A stretch of DNA of 64,000 nt from IMG/VR virus record IMGVR_UViG_3300003320_000620, positions 24,095 to 88,094 of that record, one strand, 5' to 3'. Every line of letters starts with the position of its first letter. The first letter of the stretch is position 1. This DNA comes from a virus (Duplodnaviria; Caudoviricetes). The notes below the pieces were generated by a model that made no database searches, was not told where the DNA came from, and saw only the letters and a list, made by a program, of their open reading frames with translations. The position numbers and the translations under genes are program-made. This document shows, piece by piece, positions 54,180-61,400 of the stretch.

Positions 54180-55184
54180 CTAGCTCCCTTCAAGCAGCCC
54201 TTTTCCGGCTTGTTTTATATCTGATGATACGTTTTCTGACAGGCAAAACTCAGCGAAAACGTCATCCTTTGTTTTGGCCTGCTTTTCCTTGGCGGCTGAT
54301 TTGGCAGAAGCAGCCACTTCAACATCTGGCCCGAACAGTTCAAGCCCAAGCTCTTTGCACCTTTCTACCACCCGCTGCTTATGCTTTGGCCAGTCAGTCA
54401 TTTCTTCGCGTGCCAGCCTTATCGTAACTTTGACTTGATCCCCAGTCCTAAGTTTAGGGCCAAGCCTAATTTCCTCAGCAGCATTTATGGTCAAACGCAT
54501 TTTTCGTGGGCAGGGAAAAAACAGATCCTGTTCCTGATCCTTTGAAACTAGCAGTACTCTTGGATCAAAGGCATCACCGAACCTTGTGTGGTAGGGAGCC
54601 CCGATGTAAGTCACAGGGCCGCATTGCTGCGGCTTATGGACGTCACCGGCATAGCACCTAAAGGGCTTCAGTTCCTCAATGGGTGACGCGCTAAACCCGT
54701 TTAATGGTCTATTGGTTTCGGCTATGGCGCCAGCTATGGTCTGATGCAGCATCAGGGCTTCCAACCCCTTTGGCATCCTGCTGCAGGCCTGTTCAAATTC
54801 CTGCTGTGTTCTGCAGTGAGGGATCAGCCCTATTGAACCACAGATTTCAGGTTCAACAATAAAGTTGATTCCATCAATGCAGTTTAAGAACTTGAAGAAT
54901 GGGTTATTTGGGTCCCTTCCATCATGGTTCCCTCGGAGTATAAGAACTGGCGGCCTCAATAGCGTCAGTTCGTCAATGATTCTGTTTACCAGGGTTGAGG
55001 AATGGTTGTCCTTGTCTTGGGTTAGATCACCTAAAATGAAGGTGAATTCTGGATCAAACTTTGCCTGCTGCTTAGCCATCCATTTGAAAATACCAAAGCG
55101 GTGACCGTCTTTTGGGCGGTCACTCAAATGAAGGTCGGATGCTATGAGCCACTTACGCATTTCCTGCTGGTTTTCCGAGAGCAC
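54180..55184 (-). CDS. sbcD: SbcD/Mre11 (T4 gp47-like) nuclease
   Basis: SDLHL, GDL, GNHD, LHQ, GDVHKPQ metallophosphoesterase motifs. Confidence 0.9.
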   Translation of the reverse strand: MLSENQQEMRKWLIASDLHLSDRPKDGHRFGIFKWMAKQQAKFDPEFTFILGDLTQDKDNHSSTLVNRIIDELTLLRPPVLILRGNHDGRDPNNPFFKFLNCIDGINFIVEPEICGSIGLIPHCRTQQEFEQACSRMPKGLEALMLHQTIAGAIAETNRPLNGFSASPIEELKPFRCYAGDVHKPQQCGPVTYIGAPYHTRFGDAFDPRVLLVSKDQEQDLFFPCPRKMRLTINAAEEIRLGPKLRTGDQVKVTIRLAREEMTDWPKHKQRVVERCKELGLELFGPDVEVAASAKSAAKEKQAKTKDDVFAEFCLSENVSSDIKQAGKGLLEGS

Positions 55185-55374
55185 AATCTTTGAGAACTTT
55201 ATTGTAGCAATCGTAGCATACAGTCATAAACTTGCTCTCATCCTCTTGAAATGCTTTAACATCTTCTGGAAAATTGGTTTTTAGTTCCTCCATTGCCTTT
55301 TTATCTGCAACTTCTTTATTAACCATCCACACTCTCTCACAAATGGCACATTTAACCTTTTTCCTCACTGGCAT
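55153..55374 (-). CDS. Small CxxC protein
   Basis: CAIC and CYDC pairs. Confidence 0.55.
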   Translation of the reverse strand: MPVRKKVKCAICERVWMVNKEVADKKAMEELKTNFPEDVKAFQEDESKFMTVCYDCYNKVLKDCALGKPAGNA

Positions 55375-55888
55375 TGGTACCTCCTACCCTTGTTGCCCAC
55401 TTTAAGAAATCAGCAAACGATGAAATGTACATATTTAACCTCGGGGCGCAAACTATGGTTTTAAGCTTCATACCTAGCTCTTCTGCGCCTTCCCTAGAAA
55501 GTAGGACTACAGCTGGTAGTTGATTCTGTTTGGCGATCAGCAAAGGTAGCTTCTTATACTGAGAAGCTTGCTCCTTCGCCTTGGACCAAAACTTTACAAG
55601 ATTGCCTTTTTCAGTCAGCAATCCTGTGAAATTCAGGTCTTTGTAGTTTTTGCACTCAATAAGGAATTTGTCTGTGAAGGCGTGACCTAGTGGGTTAATG
55701 GCGCAAATGTCCCCTGCCTGGGTGGCAAGCCGCTTGCCCTTGGCGAAGGCTACAGTTGAGCGGCCTCCAGACATAGAACTGCGCCAGTAGACGTCTTCGT
55801 GCTGACCATAAGACGTCCATAGGGACAGGCGGACGCAAACGTCACGTTCAAACGCTGAACCCTTGCTTTTGCCTCCGCCTTTACGCAT
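55352..55888 (-). CDS. Holliday junction resolvase-like PD-(D/E)xK nuclease
   Basis: K.KGS.FER, GDI, IECK, PLLI.KQN. Confidence 0.8.
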   Translation of the reverse strand: MRKGGGKSKGSAFERDVCVRLSLWTSYGQHEDVYWRSSMSGGRSTVAFAKGKRLATQAGDICAINPLGHAFTDKFLIECKNYKDLNFTGLLTEKGNLVKFWSKAKEQASQYKKLPLLIAKQNQLPAVVLLSREGAEELGMKLKTIVCAPRLNMYISSFADFLKWATRVGGTNASEEKG

Positions 55889-56936
55889 TAGGCCCCTTTG
55901 GGTACTTAGTACGTTTTGGTATAAAACTGGTTTCTATCTCAGCCCATACAGATTGAACAATTGGGGTTAGATCATGCTTCAGCTTCAGGTAATCCTGAGT
56001 TTCCATAGATTCAACCTCTTTTAAGAACTTCTCATAAGGTTTTCCAGGAAAAAGGTGTTCAACTTCATTCAATTTATCTACCTCTTTTAACCATTCAAGT
56101 GAGGCCGAAACATCATCTACCCCAAAACCAAACAGGAAGTTGAAAGTAGCTTCACGCAAGGGCAGGCCCACCTTGTTCTTCTTTACCTTTGCTATAACCT
56201 GTATTCCAATCGGACGCTTTACCCCTTTAATGGTCTTAGTCAGCTGTGCCCTATGGGCCAACCACAAAACGTGTGTAGCGTAGAAATCTAGGGCTCTACC
56301 GCCGCTACGCTTGTGCTTATCCCCAAACACAACCCCGATATTGTCCCTTACCTGACTAATCACAATCAGTAGGACCTGACTGCGTTCCAGCTTACGGGTA
56401 AGCTTGCGGAACATGGTGCTTAGATTCTTGGCCTTTTGGGTGCCGTAAGTACCTTTTTCTAGATCACGGCTCATTTCAGCTTCATCTGAAAGAGCATCCA
56501 AGCTGTCAAGCACATAAATGCCTGGGCGCTTCTTTTCGGTTTGTTCTTCAATGAATTTCTCAAGGTCACGTGCAAAGTCTTCCACTGTAGTCAGTGGCTC
56601 ATCTTCATTACCAAAATCTACTAGATCTACAGGCAGGCCCATTGCCTCGGCATAGCCTTTGTCGTAGGCAGCTTCAGTTTCTGCGTACTTTGCTTTCCCA
56701 TTAGGGAATTGCAGCAGGAAGTTGATTATGGCCTCTGTGGCTAATGCTGTTTTCGCCGTGCTTTTGTCACCGACAATGTTGACTACACGGCCAAGCACAT
56801 AGCCACCGCCCAAATCACAATCTAATTTGGCACATCCGCTTGATGTGAATTTAAGGCCTTCTTTAGAGCTGACAAAGTAATTGTCAGGCTGATCTGAGGC
56901 TTTAACTCTTTCACGCTTTGACATCTTTAATTCCAA
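55881..56936 (-). CDS. recA: RecA/UvsX-like recombinase
   Basis: SSG...LD..LGGG, P-loop GDKSTAKT, E.A.D..YA, DSL.AL, SQVR, SGGRAL.FYA. Confidence 0.9.
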   Translation of the reverse strand: MELKMSKRERVKASDQPDNYFVSSKEGLKFTSSGCAKLDCDLGGGYVLGRVVNIVGDKSTAKTALATEAIINFLLQFPNGKAKYAETEAAYDKGYAEAMGLPVDLVDFGNEDEPLTTVEDFARDLEKFIEEQTEKKRPGIYVLDSLDALSDEAEMSRDLEKGTYGTQKAKNLSTMFRKLTRKLERSQVLLIVISQVRDNIGVVFGDKHKRSGGRALDFYATHVLWLAHRAQLTKTIKGVKRPIGIQVIAKVKKNKVGLPLREATFNFLFGFGVDDVSASLEWLKEVDKLNEVEHLFPGKPYEKFLKEVESMETQDYLKLKHDLTPIVQSVWAEIETSFIPKRTKYPKGPNA

Positions 56937-57177
56937 TTACCTTTTCTGCCAACTCCTCCAACGAGATATCATACGCTTTGGCCAGCAAAGCTACACTGGA
57001 GAATGATGGGTTCCTAGTTTGGTTGTTCTCAATCTTATTGATAGCCCCGTGGCTAATACCTGTCATCTTTTCTACTTTCGCAAGTGTAAGTTTTTTATCA
57101 AATCTTGCTCGCCTTAAAACTTCACACAGGACAAAGCTGCGATTTGGCTGCTTACTTAAGTTCTGATGACCGGCCAT
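56911..57177 (-). CDS. XRE-family HTH regulator
   Basis: LTLAKVEKMTGISHGAINKIENNQTRNPS. Confidence 0.85.
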   Translation of the reverse strand: MAGHQNLSKQPNRSFVLCEVLRRARFDKKLTLAKVEKMTGISHGAINKIENNQTRNPSFSSVALLAKAYDISLEELAEKVIGIKDVKA

Positions 57178-57643
57178 TTTCTAGGATTGCTTTGACAGCG
57201 CCAGCGGGTTGATCCTGATACTTACCTTCATACGGTATCTCAGTCGGCTGATCTAGCAACTCAAAAATGACCTGAGCAATTGGCGTTCCACATAGGATCA
57301 CTATTGCTGAATCCGTGTTATTTGAAAGCTCTAATGTCAGGTACCCACGCCATCCAGGCTCAATAACAGTGTTTTGAACAGCCAAGCCTTGTCTGGCCCA
57401 AGTAGATTTGTCGGTGACGCGGCCTAACACGTCATTTGGCATGTCAAACCTTTCAACGGCTGAAGCAAGTCGGAAGCCGTGTGGGGGTAAGTGTATTGTT
57501 TGGGCTATGCTTATGTCGTAGCCAGCTGATGATAATCCATAACTATATCCATTGTATCTGCCTCTTTCCGAAAATGGGATGATCATGCCTTTTCTGGCTC
57601 TAATGCTTTGAGCGCTTAGGATCATTTCTTTTCTAAAGTCCAT
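57152..57643 (-). CDS. dcd: dCTP deaminase/dUTPase-family protein
   Basis: SYGLSSAGYD, KSTWARQG, IEPGWRG.LTLELSN, PIAQ..F, YEGKYQ.Q. Confidence 0.9.
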   Translation of the reverse strand: MDFRKEMILSAQSIRARKGMIIPFSERGRYNGYSYGLSSAGYDISIAQTIHLPPHGFRLASAVERFDMPNDVLGRVTDKSTWARQGLAVQNTVIEPGWRGYLTLELSNNTDSAIVILCGTPIAQVIFELLDQPTEIPYEGKYQDQPAGAVKAILENGRSSELK

Positions 57644-57730
57644 CTCTCATATGGAATTTCGTCGTCGAGAATTTCACTGAGCGGGCGCCGATCCAGTCTA
57701 ATTGGGTCAATCTGCGCCCGCTTTATTAAT

Positions 57731-58687
57731 TCACTCCTCCTCGTCAGCTGGCTTTTTTTTATTCGCCAAAGCAGCCCTAGCTTTGGCTAGGCGGTCCTTA
57801 ATGCTTGACCCCTTTGGTGGTTCTGGCTCAGCCTCTTCTTCCTGTTCTTCAGAGGAAGGCTTAGCCTTTCTAGGCTTTTCATCCTCCTCAAAAGGGGGCT
57901 CTTCATCCTCAACTTTAGCCCGTTGCCGCACAGGCTTTTCATCTTCGTCATCATTGCGGCTGCGGCGTTTTGGCTTCTCATCCTCATCGTCATTTTTGGA
58001 TCGTGTCTTGCCATTGAAGACTTCAGCTATGTGGTCGTAGCTGTAGTAATTCAAGCACTCAGGAAGCGGGTGTTCTGAAATGTATTCCAACCACTCAGCC
58101 TGAATTGACGAATCTTCGTGAATCGGACCCTGGTTGAGGAGTTTAATTTTTTCACCAGGGTAGTCCGTGTTGAGTCCAGAGCCTTCACGATAGAACCGTA
58201 CATCAAAGCCCTCTTTAGGGTCATCAATGTACATGATTTCGCCAGTGTCGTCGTCAAACGACGCACCTGCAATGCCCTTATCCAGGGTTACTGGGCATGA
58301 CAAGATCTGAGGGCCAATCTCTTCATCAAGACGATCAATGATCCATGAAATGACCCGCTTCCTAGGCTTCAGTGCCTTCGCGAGGTCTTCATCGCCACTA
58401 CGCTCAGCCAACAGCTTTGCTTCGTGCAGCGGATCCCTTTCATTCTTCATTTTTTTGAGGGATAGGTAGGCCTGATTGTCGGCCCCGATGCCATAGTTGA
58501 CATGTATGTCAAATCCATAGTGGCTGGGATTTTCCCAAGTTGGGGGCAGCACCCTGATCAGGTTTTTGCCCTCCTTAATTTTGTAGAGTTTGTATTGAGG
58601 CTTGAAGATTGAGTCGAAATCACCAGAACTTTGGTTTGCACGCTCCCTTAGATTATCTTTGGTGCGGCGCTGATACTTGAAGGCCAT
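57731..58687 (-). CDS. Single-stranded DNA-binding protein (gp32-like, putative)
   Basis: RVLPP, D.DP..G.D.....G.GL.T.Y, highly acidic C-terminus; start at MAFKYQ. Confidence 0.7.
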   Translation of the reverse strand: MAFKYQRRTKDNLRERANQSSGDFDSIFKPQYKLYKIKEGKNLIRVLPPTWENPSHYGFDIHVNYGIGADNQAYLSLKKMKNERDPLHEAKLLAERSGDEDLAKALKPRKRVISWIIDRLDEEIGPQILSCPVTLDKGIAGASFDDDTGEIMYIDDPKEGFDVRFYREGSGLNTDYPGEKIKLLNQGPIHEDSSIQAEWLEYISEHPLPECLNYYSYDHIAEVFNGKTRSKNDDEDEKPKRRSRNDDEDEKPVRQRAKVEDEEPPFEEDEKPRKAKPSSEEQEEEAEPEPPKGSSIKDRLAKARAALANKKKPADEEE

Positions 58688-58697
58688 TAAACTCCTC

Positions 58698-59123
58698 CTA
58701 CCACTTCTTTCCGTGAGCTTCTTTGCGTGCTTTTGGTGTATGATCTTCCCTGACTGAATTGAAAACACGCTTTTCAACAAAAGCGCCGTCCAGGTCTAGA
58801 TCATAAGCACCGGCGTAATCAAAAATCCTTATCAAGGCATCAACAAGCTCTACCTCAATTGATTTGCGGTGAGGTAGGTGCTCATCTACAAGGTTTTTGC
58901 GTTCGCCTTCCATTCCTTCAGCGATCTCTGATACTATAAGCATCAGAAGTTCGCCTTTATTTCGTTCAAGCTTCTTGCCAGTTTCAGGGTCAAACCACCA
59001 TTTGTGATTGTCTATGTGACACTGGCGGGCCAAATCATTAAGAACTCCCAACTCCATCACCTCTGATCTTTCTGCCTTCAGCCAACATCGCTCGGCGCCT
59101 TTTATATACGGCGTTGTCTTCAT
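58698..59123 (-). CDS. MazG-like NTP pyrophosphohydrolase
   Basis: LMLIVSEIAEGME..RK, EVELVDALIRIFD. Confidence 0.75.
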   Translation of the reverse strand: MKTTPYIKGAERCWLKAERSEVMELGVLNDLARQCHIDNHKWWFDPETGKKLERNKGELLMLIVSEIAEGMEGERKNLVDEHLPHRKSIEVELVDALIRIFDYAGAYDLDLDGAFVEKRVFNSVREDHTPKARKEAHGKKW

Positions 59124-59532
59124 GTTGACCTATACGGACAGAAGAATCTTCAAAGTAATTTGCGATGTATAGTTGGCATAAATCCCTAAGCATATAACCA
59201 CGCTGATGGAATGCTTCTTTAAGAGCGTTCAAACCCTCACATTCAGCCTTAGCCTTCAAATAAGCTTCATTGATTTTGCATCTGTCAGGGTCGGCTGTGA
59301 TCAAGCTCTTAATCTGCGATTCAGTATACTTGGTTTTTGCTTCTTCAAATTCTTCCCTAAACTGAAGGTCAAGCTTTGCTTCAGCTTGAGACAATTCCTC
59401 TTTCCAGGCATCACGTTTCGCAGTAGCTGATATCGCAGCTTCAGCTACGTTGAAAAACAGTGTAGCCTGATTAGACACCTCATCGTCTAATGCTTTTTTG
59501 TCTATTGACAGGTATTTTTTGAGTTCTTCCAT
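59038..59532 (-). CDS. UvsY-like recombination mediator (putative)
   Basis: Helical 164 aa; L.ID...LD.E, TE..IK..I, EAF.QR; context of RecA/SSB/SbcCD. Confidence 0.5.
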   Translation of the reverse strand: MEELKKYLSIDKKALDDEVSNQATLFFNVAEAAISATAKRDAWKEELSQAEAKLDLQFREEFEEAKTKYTESQIKSLITADPDRCKINEAYLKAKAECEGLNALKEAFHQRGYMLRDLCQLYIANYFEDSSVRIGQHEDNAVYKRRRAMLAEGRKIRGDGVGSS

Positions 59533-60479
59533 TACCGATCTAGCCCCAAAGCTAGCCCAATTGAGTTGAGAAGGGGTGCAAACTTTTCGGAGCTATTATA
59601 CGGTTTGTCAAAGGCTGCCATAATGGTCAGAATAGCAATGGCCCGCTTTTCATCCTTGGTATTTAGCAGGACTACAGCTAGATAATTAACGATGTTAAGG
59701 CGTATGGATTCTGCATCTAAACCTTCAATCTTTTTGATCAACCTTATGGCTTCTGCCCAAGTACGCCCGTTTGGCCTCAACAGGAATTTTGCCAGATCCC
59801 TGGCTTCTGCTGACTGCACACCGCTTTGGATCAGAATTTGCGCTTCTTTTACGGTTTTGACGTGTGCGCAGGCCTCCAGATATACCAGAGCTTGGCGTGG
59901 GCTGCCCCCAGCGGCACCAGCGATCAGTTCAAACACTTCAGGCGGCGGTGAAAGGCCTTCTGCATCAGCTATTTCACAAAGCAGCACTAAAAGGTCATCT
60001 TCACTGACTGGCTTCAGCTCGTACCGTAGGCAGCGCGTTTGAATGGTCTTTGGCACCTTATCAGGTGCTGTCGTACAAAAACACCAATAGACATGACTTG
60101 GCGGTTCTTCTATTGGCTTTAGGAGCACTTCCCAAGCCGCCATAGACAGCCTTTGGGCTTCATCCATTATGATGACTTTTATGGGTGAATTGCCAATGGC
60201 CCTGAAATTGCAGTAGGCCACCAGTTCCCTGGCATCGTCTGCGCCAGAATTGATGGCTGCAGCTACCTCCCTGATATTCATTGAAGTGGTATTTCCACCA
60301 CAAAAAGCATTAGCCAATATGCGGGCAAGCGTGGTCTTCCCAGTACCAGAGGGGCCTGTAAACAGGAATGATTTAGCTCTATTGTCTTTGACAACTTGCT
60401 TAAGGCTAGCAACAACTGGGTCCTGACCAAGGACTTGGTCAAAAGTCCTTGGCCGGTATTTTTCGTAGAGAGCAGTCAT
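59532..60479 (-). CDS. dnaX: Clamp-loader/DNA Pol III gamma-tau-like AAA+ ATPase
   Basis: LYEKYRP.TF..V.GQ, GPSGTGKTT, IMDEA, LLK..EEPP, TI.TRC, GSPR.AL. Confidence 0.9.
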   Translation of the reverse strand: MTALYEKYRPRTFDQVLGQDPVVASLKQVVKDNRAKSFLFTGPSGTGKTTLARILANAFCGGNTTSMNIREVAAAINSGADDARELVAYCNFRAIGNSPIKVIIMDEAQRLSMAAWEVLLKPIEEPPSHVYWCFCTTAPDKVPKTIQTRCLRYELKPVSEDDLLVLLCEIADAEGLSPPPEVFELIAGAAGGSPRQALVYLEACAHVKTVKEAQILIQSGVQSAEARDLAKFLLRPNGRTWAEAIRLIKKIEGLDAESIRLNIVNYLAVVLLNTKDEKRAIAILTIMAAFDKPYNSSEKFAPLLNSIGLALGLDR

Positions 60480-61111
60480 GCTGCGTGTCTATTTGCAATC
60501 CTTAGGAATTCGTCTTCGTCGAATTCCAGCATAAGCTTCTGCGCCAGCAGGCAGTCACCAAGAGGTACGTTTCGTGAATCGGGATGAGCGCATAGCCTAT
60601 GCGTTACTCGACTGCAATCATCCAACACGTCAACGTTAGCTACAAGGTGTCCAGCGTCACGGATCCTGTACTTTTGCTGTGTTTTGCCTCCTTTCACCAC
60701 AAAAAACTTTTGTTCTTTGAAGCTTTTCTTCTGTTTTGGCGACAGATTTGCCTCCAAAAGCTCCAACGCCCTTTTCTGTTCAGGCGTTGGTAGACGCGGT
60801 TCAGGCTGAGATTGCCTGATTTGATCAGCTGCTCTTATTTCAGCGTCAGCTTGTGCTGACGCCTGTGTCATCTGCATTGCCATCTGCATCATCTGCTGTT
60901 GTTGAAACAACAATCTTTGCTGCTCCAGCGAGGCATAGCAATTTGTAGTGCTCGTTGAGTTTGTTGCGCTTGCTATTGGGTTAAGCCAATAGATGCCTTC
61001 TGCTGTTGAGGAACTTGTATAGGTTGTGAAACCTCCACCCCCTGCTCCTCCAGTAACAAAAGCGGAGGTTAAACCTCCGCTTTCGCTTACAAACCATCCA
61101 CCAAGAGGCAT
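60476..61111 (-). CDS. Hypothetical protein
   Basis: C-terminal LC.HP, VP.GD.LLAQKL.LE.DE..FL..AN motif. Confidence 0.65.
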   Translation of the reverse strand: MPLGGWFVSESGGLTSAFVTGGAGGGGFTTYTSSSTAEGIYWLNPIASATNSTSTTNCYASLEQQRLLFQQQQMMQMAMQMTQASAQADAEIRAADQIRQSQPEPRLPTPEQKRALELLEANLSPKQKKSFKEQKFFVVKGGKTQQKYRIRDAGHLVANVDVLDDCSRVTHRLCAHPDSRNVPLGDCLLAQKLMLEFDEDEFLRIANRHAA

Positions 61112-61112
61112 G

Positions 61113-61349
61113 TCAGCCCCCTTGCAGTTGGGGTACCATGATCATCTTCTCAGCGGTGGGGTCGAACGTATTCAACCGTTCGCCTTTTTGGTCCGCTCCT
61201 TCAACCCGGAAGGCCCTATAGCCTTTGCTGGTGAGTTCGTTGAAGGTGGTTCGCGCAATTTCGATTTCAGTTTCGTTGTTACGGTCCCATTTGATGGAGG
61301 TGTGGCCAGTTTTGTCCATCACATCCATGGTTCCAATTGTACCATGCAT
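61113..61349 (-). CDS. Small protein ending in Gly-Gly
   Basis: 78 aa ending FDPTAEKMIMVPQLQGG; GAGGAG RBS. Confidence 0.7.
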   Translation of the reverse strand: MHGTIGTMDVMDKTGHTSIKWDRNNETEIEIARTTFNELTSKGYRAFRVEGADQKGERLNTFDPTAEKMIMVPQLQGG

Positions 61350-61400
61350 CAGTTCTTTCTCCTCGTGTTATAGGTTTCCACCATGGAAACCTGAACTCTT

